The notes below the pieces were generated by a model, which worked only from the letters and a program-made list of their open reading frames with translations, made no database searches and had not been told where the DNA came from. A DNA stretch of 63,496 bases, the filler included, from Klebsormidium nitens (Eukaryota; Plantae; Klebsormidiophyceae), in NCBI GenBank assembly GCA_000708835.1. It is 4 parts of 4 records of this genome, joined end to end, with 100 filler letters (N's around TTAATTAATTAA, not from the genome) between each part and the next. Parts side by side here need not be neighbours in the genome. Positions count along the whole stretch, not along the records: positions 30,049 to 46,184 come from DF237994.1; positions 46,285 to 54,421 come from DF238257.1; positions 54,522 to 63,496 come from DF238216.1; 1 more part is not named here. One strand, written 5' to 3'. Positions 45,663 to 57,271 of the stretch are shown piece by piece (the stretch's first letter is position 1; each line of letters begins with the position of its first letter). The translations under genes were made by a program, and so were the position numbers.

Positions 45663-46184
45663 GGACCGGCTGTATGAATGTAAGATCAGATAAATACGCT
45701 GCAAAGTGCATCATGCTGCCCAACCTCAGAGGTTGCCCCCCTGAAGCACTTTGGTCGCCTCGTGGACCTGGCAAAATTGTTGACAGCCGATTATTAGAAA
45801 TCGCCCTTTTCATCAAAGTGTCCGCTACATAACGCACTCGGAAATGACGGACGAGCTCCGTCACTATTCTAGAAGGGGGAGTCCCGATTTCGACGAAATT
45901 CGGACTCAGATGTGGGACCCCAAAAGCACAAAAAGCTGGGAGCTTTTGCTAAAATTGACCGCTTGTTGGGAAAAGTTGTCGCTTCAAAGTTTGAATTCTG
46001 GAATACAGCACAAAATCAATGATCATGTATCTGAATCTAAAATTCAAACGGTGGTGCATTTTAGCCGGCTGCGTTTCCATCTCATGTTTTCGAATTCTAG
46101 AATCGAGAAAAAAACAGTATCTTTTCGAGGTATGCAGCCCTCGTCTTACCCAACTTTAGCAGCAAAGGTAGAAATTCGAAAAGG

Positions 46185-46284
46185 NNNNNNNNNNNNNNNN
46201 NNNNNNNNNNNNNNNNNNNNNNNNNNNNTTAATTAATTAANNNNNNNNNNNNNNNNNNNNNNNNNNNNNNNNNNNNNNNNNNNN
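46185..46284. other. Assembly gap with artificial spacer
   Basis: N run with TTAATTAATTAA. Confidence 0.97.
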
Positions 46285-46299
46285 ACATACGCTATTGCA

Positions 46300-46930
46300 G
46301 ACACTGCACAGGTAGGTACCGTAGAACGTCACTGCAATAGGTACACCCGGTCATGCCTTTGGTACAGTCCAATGGTACTAACCAGGTACATTCTACCCGT
46401 ACGGTACTGCGGCACCCGGCTTTGCATGTACCGTACTGTCAAGGTATGATTCCGAATGCTCAAAATATGCAATTATTTTACAGAATGCGAGTCCAAATCT
46501 TATATTATTATCCAGAATCCGACCCTAAATCCGAATGCGTTCAAAGGTACCCCGGTATCGTTATCTCCTGACTTTTCAAGCAGTACCGGTAGGTACCTTA
46601 GTTCATATGGGCTTTGACATCACTTTCCGAACAGGATTTAGCAGTTATTTTCCCTTTCCGAAAAAGCAGATTCCAATTTCCGACTGCTTATTTGGAGTTT
46701 CCAACCTTCCGAATGCAAATAATTATGTATTTATTCGGAATCATACCTTGGCAGTACGGTAGGTACAAAATCGGTCGTTGTTGAGGGCGATCTGCGTACG
46801 GTTTTGAAGCATGCAGGCCTGGGCCTAGCGACTCGAATTGGTTGTCAGCGCGACGGGTGCCTACTAGGTAGAGGCGAAACCGTCGTTTACCCAACTGAAA
46901 TTCCCTACCTTGGTACGTACCTTTGGAATC
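46300..46930. repeat. GTAC-dense region with a 27-bp inverted repeat
   Basis: About 17 GTAC tetramers in ~630 bp; arms 46431-46457 and 46733-46759 match at 26/27. Confidence 0.75.
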
Positions 46931-48457
46931 GGTAGCACCGTCGGTCGAGTTTCGAAGGAATATCAGTCGCCTACAAGTTCGACCGATTGTGCACATTGTG
47001 CATAGGCCCTCGCGGACATGCTGGGATTTCAGTCGCCAAGCGGCACCGATTTGGCAGAGTTCAGCCCCTCAACTATAGTGGATCGGTCGCTCATCCAAAC
47101 GACCGATTTAGCATGCAGTGAGCCAAGTGAGCATGCATTGCTAGCGGAACGATCAAGTCCAATTTTACAATTGTGATCGTCAACGAAGTTCAAGAAACAA
47201 ACAGCATGAATCATCGTAGACACTAATGATAGATATACAATGGATCATGGCATATTCCAAACACCGATGATCAATAAGTGACAAGTTTCAATCTTGTCGA
47301 ACTATCCGAACATTCGCGGAAAGACGTCGAAGTGGATTAGACCGCATGCGGCCCGTGACTGGCATATCGAACTTTATTACTAGGTTCATATGAATCCATA
47401 TTGACATCGTTACGACATGCCAAATTGAAAAATATATAATACGATGTAGATTCATTGGAAGTTTGCAACGTTCAAGTATGCATGTTCCAATCATCATGCA
47501 TAGTAATAAGTTGAAGAAACATTCTTGACAATATTGCATATGTGCAATTGTGCATTTGAATAAGTATACAATTCAACAATTGCGAGGTGCAAAGCCAGTG
47601 CAAAGTTTTTGTGACATAGTGAGGCATACGATACATCATAGTACTACACTTTGCAACATAAATATCAACAAAAGTTCTATCGAAGTCAAAGAATCCGGCT
47701 TCATATTATATTGTTTGTAGCACGCTGGAATGTCGTAGACATTCGGTTGAAATATGACTGAGTTTGCCCGGATATTATTGCTTCACATACAATTCGGTCG
47801 CTTGGAAATAACGGAATTGCCGGCCAATACTTCTCCCATGTGCGATTTCGGTCGTGACACCGTGACCGCAACCGATCCGTGTCCGGTCCGTAAATTTGAC
47901 GGGCCAATCAGTTGCAAGGGGACGGATTTGCCATCCATAGACTCCCCGAGTCCGTAAGTGGCGACCGTTTTCAGGAGATTCGGTCTTGATGGCAACCGAT
48001 CCTCGTACCCGTCCAGAGAAAACCGGTCGTGCACGTCTCTCAGGCACCGGGCATGCACAGGTAAGACAGTTCGGTCGAGGTAGATGGACTCATTTGCATG
48101 GCCGGCAAACTCCCCGGGCCTGGAGTCCGAGCTGTACGGAAATTTAAGACCCGTACGTAAATGCCGGGCAGTAGGTACCATTCGAGTACTTATTATGACA
48201 CCTGGTACATACCGAGGTAGGTACCTTGACCTGTACTCTTTTGAAGCGGTAATGATACTAGTCCGCAAAAATCATTACCGCGGCCCGGGGCAATATTTTT
48301 TGATCAGATACTCCCGACCGACCGACCCACCAAGCCCGAGCCCGAGGGTGCGGGGGGGAGGGCAACCGAGGAGGCGATCTCGGCAGAAGCACTCCTCCAA
48401 CTCCGACGCAAGCAGGTCGCGAACGATCCGTGGTCCAAAGTCCCAGACGAGGACGCG

Positions 48458-49096
48458 TTGGAGGACAACAGTTGGCTGCAGGAGGCGTTGGGGTCAGCGC
48501 GGTATCCCTTGAGAAGCCGGAGGGGGAGAGCAGAAGCCCACGGTCCGGTGAAGCAGAAGGGGAGCGCGGCGACGACAAAGAGCGCGGTGCACCCAGCCGC
48601 CGTTGCGAAAAAGCCTGGAGTCCCCTCGTCCCTGCTAGGGATCACTCCCGAGGAGATGGAACGGCGGGTCAAACGGTCCAGCCGGTGGTTGGACCCGATG
48701 GGAGATATCCCGGGGTTCGACAACAAAGATGATTGGTACGACCAGGTGCCGGTGGACGTGTCCGAGGGCTGGAGGGAGGTGCTCGAAAAGAAAGGGCTGC
48801 CCCGCAGAGACTACGACTCGATGCAGGCAGCTATGGCGGTGCGTCACTGGTGGATCAACCTGGGGCCCGGCGAGATAGCCCACACGTATGGGGGGCCTCG
48901 GCTTCAGCTGCTTCATGCCCAGGTGGGGCTGCTTCAAAGTTTACAGTGGGTCAAACACGCGGCGGGGCAGGGCCGGGAGGCGTTGGCGGGGCTTCGGGAG
49001 CGGTTGCGGCAAGCGGCCCATGATCTGTTCCGCATGTACGGGGCCGAACCACCCAACGCAGGAGGGCACCCAGAAAGGCAAGGCCTGGAGCCCTAG
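48458..49096 (+). CDS. Hypothetical protein, possibly an upstream exon or accessory ORF of the MULE-like element
   Basis: 212-aa ORF on the same strand as the transposase, with coding-like composition. No family recognised. Confidence 0.4.
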   Translation: MEDNSWLQEALGSARYPLRSRRGRAEAHGPVKQKGSAATTKSAVHPAAVAKKPGVPSSLLGITPEEMERRVKRSSRWLDPMGDIPGFDNKDDWYDQVPVDVSEGWREVLEKKGLPRRDYDSMQAAMAVRHWWINLGPGEIAHTYGGPRLQLLHAQVGLLQSLQWVKHAAGQGREALAGLRERLRQAAHDLFRMYGAEPPNAGGHPERQGLEP

Positions 49097-49654
49097 GAGC
49101 CCGCCAGAAGTGAGAGCCCGGACGGAGTCAGACGCGGAGGCCGAGGGCGCGAGACCGGCAGAAAAGGCTGGGAAGGAGGAAACCAAAAAGGAGAGCCCGC
49201 CGAAACCCTAGAGGACGCGCGAGGAGAGCCCGGACAGAACCGAGACGCGTGGAGAGTCTCAGTGGGAGAGTAAGGCGTGCAGCTCCGGTGAGACGGTGTC
49301 CGGACTGCCGCGGACGGCACAAGGCCCGCCGGCACCAGAGGAAGGAGCCGGGGGGGAGCCTACCGCAAAGCAGAGACTGAGCACACCGGCCACCGAGGGG
49401 CGGAGTCAAGCTGGGAATGAGCAGACGTCGCCGGTGAAGGAGTCAGCCCCTGCCGAGGAGATGGAGGTGGAGACCCCGAGAGAGGGGCAGGCGCAAGCGG
49501 AGCCGGAGGGCGAAAACCCGGGTGGAGATTAGGCGAGGACAAGGGGTGAGCCAGCCGGGGAGAGCGGGGAAGAAATACCGCCGGCACAACCGGGGGATCA
49601 GGAGACAACGCAGGGGAGGAAGTACCAATGGGGAAGATTACAAGAATAGACATT

Positions 49655-50065
49655 CATTGTCATTTTCATCATCATTCTAATTTTTAGGTATTTTCACAGT
49701 GAATTCATCAGGAAATTTAAAAATAAAACCAATATTCATTGTAAAATCCGGGTTACACAGCTTGTTAGCGTAACCACAAGCCAAACCAATCTGCTATACC
49801 CTCCATTCACTTGGTTCATCATCATCAATTCCACTTAGTTGGTTTTTGACCCCCATATAGAGCTAGTTCACTAAGTTCATCATCATCAATTGTACTTAGA
49901 CGGCTGTTGTCTACCCCTATCTACTCGATTCAAAGTCTTCATCATCATCACATATGCTTACATACTAAAATGATGATGATGAAGAGAAAGATAAGGGGGA
50001 AGGGGGGAGGGGCTGATGCTTGGGCCTAAGATACCCTACTTCGGCTTGTTCATCATCATCATTTG
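49655..50065. repeat. AT-rich stretch with recurring (CAT)n tracts, including three ~60-bp units
   Basis: ttcatcatcatca near 49815, 49876 and 49938, plus further copies in both orientations. Confidence 0.6.
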
Positions 50066-50288
50066 GCCTATGGCGGAGTCCTGATAGTAATGAATACAAA
50101 TATGTGAGTTTTTGATCTTGCAGCGAGGCCGGTACCCTACAAGGATCCGGCTGATGGGGCGGATATCTGGCGGTTTCCCCCCCTCTTCGACGGCCTCTAC
50201 TGCCCACTCCGGCAGATCGATATGTCCAGAGTGATCAACATGGAAACGAGGGGATGGAAAGAATACGAGGGGACGGGGGCGACCCAGT

Positions 50289-51752
50289 ATGTCGTCCATC
50301 AGCTACGTCGATCAGCATTTCCCGGTGCACTTGTCTTTGGTGACGGCTAAGGACATCCAGGTGAAGACGCGCACTGTATCGGAGCGGGGCAAGGGGGGTT
50401 TGCGGAACAAGCCAACCCCAAGCGACTTCCCCGACTGGAAGATGGTACTGCAGTGCGAAGGGCCGAGGTGCAAAACCATGCTGCTCGTTGGTGGGTACTT
50501 CGAGTGGCAGCTGGCCAGCACGGGTCCTGCTGACAAGCCTTTCTACAAGGCGTCTCTCTCCGAGACCGTCTTCGTCTGGTCGGAGCTCACACAGGGCATG
50601 CGGCTGCGGGCCGGCAGTAAGGCGGGAACGCTGTCCAAGCTGGCAGTGGGAACCCTCCCGCTCGGCAAGGTTTGCACGCATCGGTTCAATCCGAAGACGG
50701 GGTTGGGACTGGGCTATTCGGTCTGCAGGGGTGTGCCCAGGCGAGAGCTTACCGACTCCCTCAATCCGAGCCTGAAGGGCAACACTAGGCAAACCCAGAT
50801 CATAGGGGAGATGTCGCACGCGGAAGTCGTGACGGGGAATAACGCCCGGGTTGGCAGAACCGGTGCGGTGGCTAGAAAAGCGGCCTCGGAAGTTGCAAAG
50901 AAGAAGCGGCCGGGAGGGGAGGACGAGGTTGCGGGTCTGAGACAGCTTCGAGAACGATACATTTTAGAGGATAAGAAGCTGCTGGGACCTGACGAAGCTG
51001 CCAACGAAAGGCATGTGCTCGGTTTCGTTAAGGGGATCTCAAGTGAGCCTTTCATGATCACCTGCTTCCACGCAGCAATGCTGATCATGCTGCGGTGGTA
51101 TGGAAAGCGGGAGGAAGGGGTTTTTATAGACTCGATCGGCCACCAAGTTAAAGACCTCGCGTTCCTCAGCAGCAAAACGGGGCTGTGGGAAATCTGCAAA
51201 CGGCTGGTTGTGACCATAGTCGGTGCTCATCCAGGAGCAACCGATCCCAGACGCATAAAGTCAGAAAATTACCCCCCAGTCGTGCTTATGAAGGGGATCA
51301 GCAGCTCCGAGAACAGCTACAACCTCCTCATGGCGATGTTCCTGCTCCTTCAGAAGGAGCAGGACGCCAACGGCAACAACGTTCCGATTTGCCGTATCTG
51401 GAGCGACTGCTCCGACATGATCATGGGCGTCTGCCTGACGGTCATGAACAAGGAGACCCGCGAGGACTACGTGACCAGGATGGCACGACTCCTCTTGGCC
51501 GGTTCCCCCTTCCCCGAGAACCGCACCATCCACAACTGGTGCAATCCTCACGCCATGGCGGCCAACTCGCGGTGGGGGAAATACGACCTCAAGGGCCTCG
51601 ACGGGAAGGTGGACTCCATGCCGCGCGATCTACGAGTTCTCCTGACCCGGTACCTGCTGGCGGCGCAAGAGCTGTTGACGATCGCGCCTTCGTTCCCGCT
51701 TCTAGTCCAATGGATAAGGTTCGTCTTTTCGTCGCAATTAAAATGCTTTTGA
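50289..51752 (+). CDS. MULE-superfamily (NOF-FB/Foldback-like) DDE transposase, C-terminus missing
   Basis: VFIDSIG (first D), IWSDCS..IMGVC..MN.ET..DY (second D with the A..FN...Y-type helix) and WCNPH (CxxH). The third acidic residue was not found. Confidence 0.6.
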   Translation: MSSISYVDQHFPVHLSLVTAKDIQVKTRTVSERGKGGLRNKPTPSDFPDWKMVLQCEGPRCKTMLLVGGYFEWQLASTGPADKPFYKASLSETVFVWSELTQGMRLRAGSKAGTLSKLAVGTLPLGKVCTHRFNPKTGLGLGYSVCRGVPRRELTDSLNPSLKGNTRQTQIIGEMSHAEVVTGNNARVGRTGAVARKAASEVAKKKRPGGEDEVAGLRQLRERYILEDKKLLGPDEAANERHVLGFVKGISSEPFMITCFHAAMLIMLRWYGKREEGVFIDSIGHQVKDLAFLSSKTGLWEICKRLVVTIVGAHPGATDPRRIKSENYPPVVLMKGISSSENSYNLLMAMFLLLQKEQDANGNNVPICRIWSDCSDMIMGVCLTVMNKETREDYVTRMARLLLAGSPFPENRTIHNWCNPHAMAANSRWGKYDLKGLDGKVDSMPRDLRVLLTRYLLAAQELLTIAPSFPLLVQWIRFVFSSQLKCF

Positions 51753-52671
51753 CTGCCATCGGTTCTAATCTAGGCTTCCCTTCAGATATTTGCACCCGTG
51801 CACGCTGGCGGCTACCTTTTGAAAACGTGTCTGGGCCCAGGTCGGCAAGCTTCAGTCCAAATGGGATTGTAGGGCAGCTTAGACAGGTTAAAATGCACGC
51901 TCATAGCCCCTTTCAGATACGGTTGGCTCGCGGTCTTGCCGTTCCAAAGCGGGCGGGCTAGCGTGTGCAAAATGCACGCGGGCCGTGCGCCAGGTTTGCA
52001 ACGTACCTGAGCGCACATTAGGAACTGATGACCTTTCTTGTGTAGATTTGAGAGGTCATCGTGCTTCATATTTTGCCAAGATCGATTCAGTGGTTGTGTT
52101 TTTGAGAGTACATTTTCTTGCGTCGCAGAGAGAAGTGGGCGTTAGGCTGAAGACATTGCTAACTGACGAACCGAGCCGTTCTCAGCCTTTACGTGACGAA
52201 GACCGAGCAAAGAGTTTTACGAATGTCGACTCCAACGTCATTCGAACTTTTCAGGTGATCAACGGTCTCCTTATCGCTTCCAAGATAATTGCCTCTACCA
52301 TCAACCCTGCTGCCGAATCTGCCAGACGAGATCAAGAGCAGTGATCCTTTGAGCCGAGAGCAGCTCGCCCAGATCGATCTCCTTGCTGTGGATGTCATCG
52401 AAGAGCGAAGCGCCCCTCAAAGCAACGGACGCCACACCTTTGAGGTCTGACAACTGGTGGCGGTGAGTGATATTGAGAATCACCCATCATGCAACATTAT
52501 AAGCACTCCATCTACCCCGCGAGCTTCTCATGCCCGTGCAACACGCGGACACATTCCGAGGTTCACTGGGGCTTGAACGCCCTACACCCAAGCGCCTCTC
52601 GATCTTCTCCTAAGCACTTCTCTCAGAATGATTACATCATGTTCATCTTCCTTCTCATCAAGCAAGCTGCC

Positions 52672-52873
52672 TGTCACATTCCAGTCTGACTATTCTAGTC
52701 TTAGACTGGAAACACTGAGGCTACTCCATACACTCCAAGTTCTGATCAATCCTTTGGGCTCTAGGCTATTCTCTACCGTTCGATCCAACTGACTCCATAG
52801 CCTATGCAATTATGGCCGTCGATAAGCAGTCGACTGACTCTGAGTGAGTCAACGACTTCCAACACTCCCCCTC
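52672..52873 (-). repeat. Copia PPT (52865-52873) and putative ~190-bp 3' LTR
   Basis: Minus-strand GAGGGGGAG is followed by TG at 52864. The candidate CA end at 52672 is tentative because the other LTR is not in view. Confidence 0.45.
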
Positions 52874-54420
52874 AGCCGACATGCTTCTAGTGTTCTAGCC
52901 CTTCTCCTTTCCGCTCGTACCCTTGGCGGCTTCCAACCACGTTACCGGCTTCCGGACTCTTCTGGGATAGCGCCTCTTGTCCATCTTCTCTCGCGTCTTC
53001 TCATTCTCCGAGTTGCTCCCCGGGAGGTCAATCTCCTCAATCTCCACGGCTTTCCGTTGCCGCCGCCGCCCGGGTTCCCCGTTTCCTCCCCGTTCCCTTG
53101 CATGTTTGCCGGGGTCTTTTCTCCTACCGGCTCCCCCGTTGCCCCGTTCTTCGCTTTCTCCGCTTGAGGCTCTAACCCGGCCTCGTCAAACTCGAGCTCA
53201 ATCTCCACGAGCTCCTCCCGTTTCTCCTTCACGCTTTCCGCTTGCGCCTTCTTTTGCGCCGTTGGCGCCTTCTTTGCTCCGTCCATCGAGTACCGAGGGG
53301 TTTCGTCAAATAACCACACCCCTTTTACCGGCTTTGCTCCGGCCGTTGCAATCTCCTAAAGGCCGTTCTTCTCCTCCGCCTCCATGCACACAACTCCGCC
53401 TAGCTCGAACTGAGCGACCCGCCTTTCAGTGGTCACCCTCGCCCCCGCGTCTGTCACTCGTCTTAAAGCAAACAAGTTTGCCCTCGCCTTGGGCACGTGC
53501 CTCACCTCGTACAATGTCACGGTGCCCACACCTTTTGGGGTCCTGCACTGTAGCTCGACCATCCCAACTCCGACCGCTGTCAGGGGCTCTCCCCCGATCC
53601 CATCAATCACCTCCGGCTGTGCGAGCTTCTTGTAGCTCACAAACTTCCTCCGATCACCTGTGATGTGCTGCGTGCTGCCGGAATCTACAAGCCAGACCTC
53701 CGTCTGAGCTCCAGCGCCGCCCCGCCACGCTGTGAACGCCACTCCGCGCACGTCTGCACCCTCCTTGACCGCATACGCCCGCTCCGCTCTCCGTGCCGGC
53801 TGCCTGCACACCGCCTTTGTGTGCCCCCGCTTGCCGCAGTTCTCGCATTCTGCATTTCTGAACTTGCAGTTCAGCTTAATGTGACCGGTCTCGCCACACC
53901 CGTAACAACTCCGCGAGTCTGAGCTACCCGCGTGCTCGCGTGAGCTGCCCGTGCTCCCTCCTGAGCTCCCAAAGTGCCTATGCTTGGCCACAAAGGCCGA
54001 CGCCTGGCCCCCGTCTGCACTCTCTGCCGGCGCAGGCTTGCTCTCACCTTGCAGCCTCTGCTCCCGCTGCATCAGCTTTGGCTGCACCATGTCCAGGCTC
54101 AGCTCATCGTCTTCCGCCTCTAGGATTCTCTGAGAGTCTCATACTCCTCAGGCAGCCCCTTCAAGGCATGCACCGTCAGCTGCATATCCGAAATGGTCTG
54201 CCCTGCCGCCTCCAGATCTACCTTGATCTCTCGAAACTCCCCCAGATACTCAGCAATGCTCTGCTTTTCTCTCCGCTTCATGTTGGTCAGCTTCCCCGTG
54301 AGCTAGACCACTCTTGCATTGCTGGTCTTCTCAAAGTTCTGTTTCAACTTCTTCCATGCCCCGGCTGCTGTGGTCTCCCCCGCAATGAACTTCACAAAAG
54401 CATCCTCAACGGACAACTTT
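52672..54420 (-). mobile_element. Internally deleted Ty1/Copia LTR retrotransposon (gag-protease, integrase remnant, PPT, 3' LTR)
   Basis: Gag remnants with stops (EYLGEF...KGLPEEYE); two CCHC knuckles (CYGCGETGHIKLNC, CENCGKRGHTKAVC); WLVDSGSTQHITG protease; LFDE linker; then directly ctgagggggag-TGTTGG. No RT or RNase H. Confidence 0.85.
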
Positions 54421-54521
54421 ANNNNNNNNNNNNNNNNNNNNNNNNNNNNNNNNNNNNNNNNNNNNTTAATTAATTAANNNNNNNNNNNNNNNNNNNNNNN
54501 NNNNNNNNNNNNNNNNNNNNN
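54421..54521. other. Assembly gap with artificial spacer
   Basis: N run with TTAATTAATTAA. Confidence 0.97.
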
Positions 54522-55453
54522 GATCCTGGGCCTGCTCTCCCAAAATAGGGGAGGCGGTCCCCAGCACTTTTGGCCCTGCAGCCATCCCTGCAGCACGCTC
54601 CAAAACACTCTCCTCGTCCTTCTCCATTAGCCCCTCCAAAGTTTCCTCCACCTCCCCCCGAGTTGCCAGGAAAGGCTTGTCCGTCCATTCTGCAATGGGA
54701 ACGTCACTTTCAGTCAGGACTTTCCCCTGTTCCTCGAGCGGCTCCTCCACAATGGGCCCCTCCTTCAATTGGAAGGCTTGAGTAAGCTCTTCCGGATATT
54801 CCCTGTAGTGTTTTGCCACTGCAATGCTCAGCGTATCGCTGTAGCTTGCGAGCACCAACCTGGGGAGGATATGGGGGGCATACAACTGAACTTTGAGGCC
54901 CTTGAAGAAGAACTCCTCCCTCATTACAAGCACAGCCTTAGTCCGGGAGGAAAGGTCACCTTCTCCTTCCTCCTCTCGGGCGGCAGCAATCCCCTCCAGG
55001 GCTTGTGCCAGCTCCGCCTGCAACTTTTCTTCGGTCATCCCTGTGATGGGGGCGACTCCCTGCGGAAAAGACGCTTCCGGACTAGGCCGCCATACTCGGG
55101 GCATGTCTTCCCCCGTGTATTGCACCTTTGCAGCATTGCATGCTGCTGGGAATTGGCCCCTCGTCAGCCATCCCCACCCCTGCAATTTCTTGCGCTCTCT
55201 TCTGATGCCCTGAAGCTGCTGCGGACCACAAGTCCAGCAACCTGTTTCGCTTGGGAGTGCGCCTTGGCTCGGAGGGTGGAGTTTCTGTGCTGCCTACCCC
55301 TTCCGTTTTTCTGCGTTTTGGGAATGAAGCTTGGAGTGGAGTTTTCTCTCCTTTTGCTTCTTTCCTTTCCCGCTTCAAGTCCCCTGCCTGCACTAATGAA
55401 TCCAGAGGCTCACTCAGTGGAGCTCTTAGGGACTTGTCAGGGTTCTGCCCCAT
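54522..55453 (-). CDS. Frameshifted hypothetical ORF downstream of Gypsy pol (possible extra 3' ORF)
   Basis: Overlapping ORFs 55082-55453 and 54466-55185 on the pol strand; runs into the gap. Confidence 0.45.
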
Positions 55454-55899
55454 TTTGCCTGCGGTTGGCCAGCTAATAATAGGGAATAGACCGTAGAGGC
55501 CTCGAGTTTGAATTCTGTTGCACTCCGCACTTGTATTATTGAGCAGGCTCGATTGTGACGAGTCTCCGCCCTGGTGCGGTCGTCAGCTGCGGATCGTGCG
55601 AAGTGGTCGGGCGATATCTCCGACGAGGGCCGACACGCTTCGAGGAGGCTCTCGGGAAGTCCGACCAAGCGTGCAACCGCCGGGAATGATTGCGGAGCTC
55701 TCCGCACCCTGCAAATCGAGTCTCCGCGGAGACTCCAATGTACGGATTTGTACGGCTCTGCCCTTCTTATATTCGAATGTTTGTTTTCTCTGACGGCGAG
55801 GTTTTAGGACCCGCGGATTTTAATTCGCGGCCACGTCTCCTCCTGTCCCTTGTTTAAAGCTGCCGCGTCGAGGACTTCGACTGCGCCCAGCTGTGTTGT

Positions 55900-57271
55900 T
55901 TTACGCAGTGTTGTACTACTCCCCGACCGCTGCCCGCGGCTCATGGGGGTGTAGCATAACAATGTGGCGCGTCTGGACAGCGCTGCCCATTCTGGTCTTC
56001 CAGTACCGCGACCTGCGCGGCTTCGTCGAAGAAGTAGGCGAACTTGTAAGGTCCTTCCCACCCTGTATCGAATTTGTGCTCGCGCTTAGCGTTTTTCATG
56101 ATGACCAACTGTCCCGGTTTGAGGTTGGCGACCCGGTAGACTCCTCTGTGCTAGCGCCTTTGGTAAGCGGCTTCCGCTCGGACCTGCGAGATGTCCCTGT
56201 TCGCAGCGGCGGTCGCGCGCATATTTGCTTGGTGCGCTTGTCTCAGGAGGATGTCGACACGCCGGATCTCGCAAATTCCCTGCACTGCGGCGTCGAACTC
56301 GCGCTCCGCCCTCTCTTCCCCTTCAGAGGTAGAGGATTGGCTTATCCGGAACCGTGCCGCGAGCAGTCGCTCCGCTGGCAGGACCGGCTGTCTTCCGTTG
56401 ATATCTTAAACGGAGACATCCTGGTAGCTGTGCGGTAGCACACCCTGATGACCAATAAGGCCTCGTAGATGTGAAAAACCCAGTCAGGTCCGTATTGAAT
56501 CACCAGCTTGCGGACATTCTTGGTGAATATCTTCACCGATGATTCCGCTCCTCCGTTCATCCAGGGAGAGTAGGGGACGATCACCTGCACTTGAGTCCCC
56601 ATTCGTTGGCAAAGGTCTTTCACCTCCCCAACGTGTGCGTCGTTGTCCATGATTATAAGCGCCGGGCAGGCGTGGGCTGCAAAGAGATCCATTTTAAGGA
56701 ACTTCGCGACCTCCGCAGACTGCTTGGTCCTTCCCAACCCTGCACCAATCCAGCCGGAGAAGTAGTCGTACCAAATGTAGACGTACTCGTATCCCTCTGT
56801 CGTTGGTGGGAATGGCCCGAGCAAGTCGAAGCCGACTTTCTCAAGGGGTAGGTCCACCTCTGTGCTCGTCAGCTTTCGGCCGTCCGTTCGCTCTGTTGTG
56901 GGTTGGTTGGCGAATTGGCAGGCGACGCAGGACTTGATGAAGTCGCGCACGTCCTCGTACATTCCTTTCCAGAAGAATCGTGACTGCAAAAGCTTCCTCG
57001 TCTTCGAAATAGAGGGGTGCCCTCCCTGATTGTGTACTTTTTCCAAGACCATTTGTTTCTCAAAACGGCACGCCTGCGGACCGGCCCCTGCACTTGATTC
57101 TTGCGCTTTGGGGGCGCGTCCAGTTTCCAAAGCCTGCCTTCTTCGAATAAGAAGCGGCGAGCTCTGTCCCGGATTTGGCGGCGCGCTTCTTTGCGTTGTT
57201 TGGCCGTCATTTCCTTGAATGCTGGAAGTTGTCCGCGGCACAGCCAATCTATGACTTCTGCGTCTTCGCAC
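55900..57271 (-). pseudogene. pol: Gypsy integrase
   Basis: HNQGGH...CVAC Zn-binding region, GFDLLGP, MDND and GGAESS; C-terminal WEGPY after a frameshift near 56400 and a stop near 56150. Confidence 0.85.

Noticed and set aside
51985-52483. LRR-like remnant (ITALDLVWQIRQQG) on the minus strand
   Set aside because: A single weak motif amid stops; not supportable.
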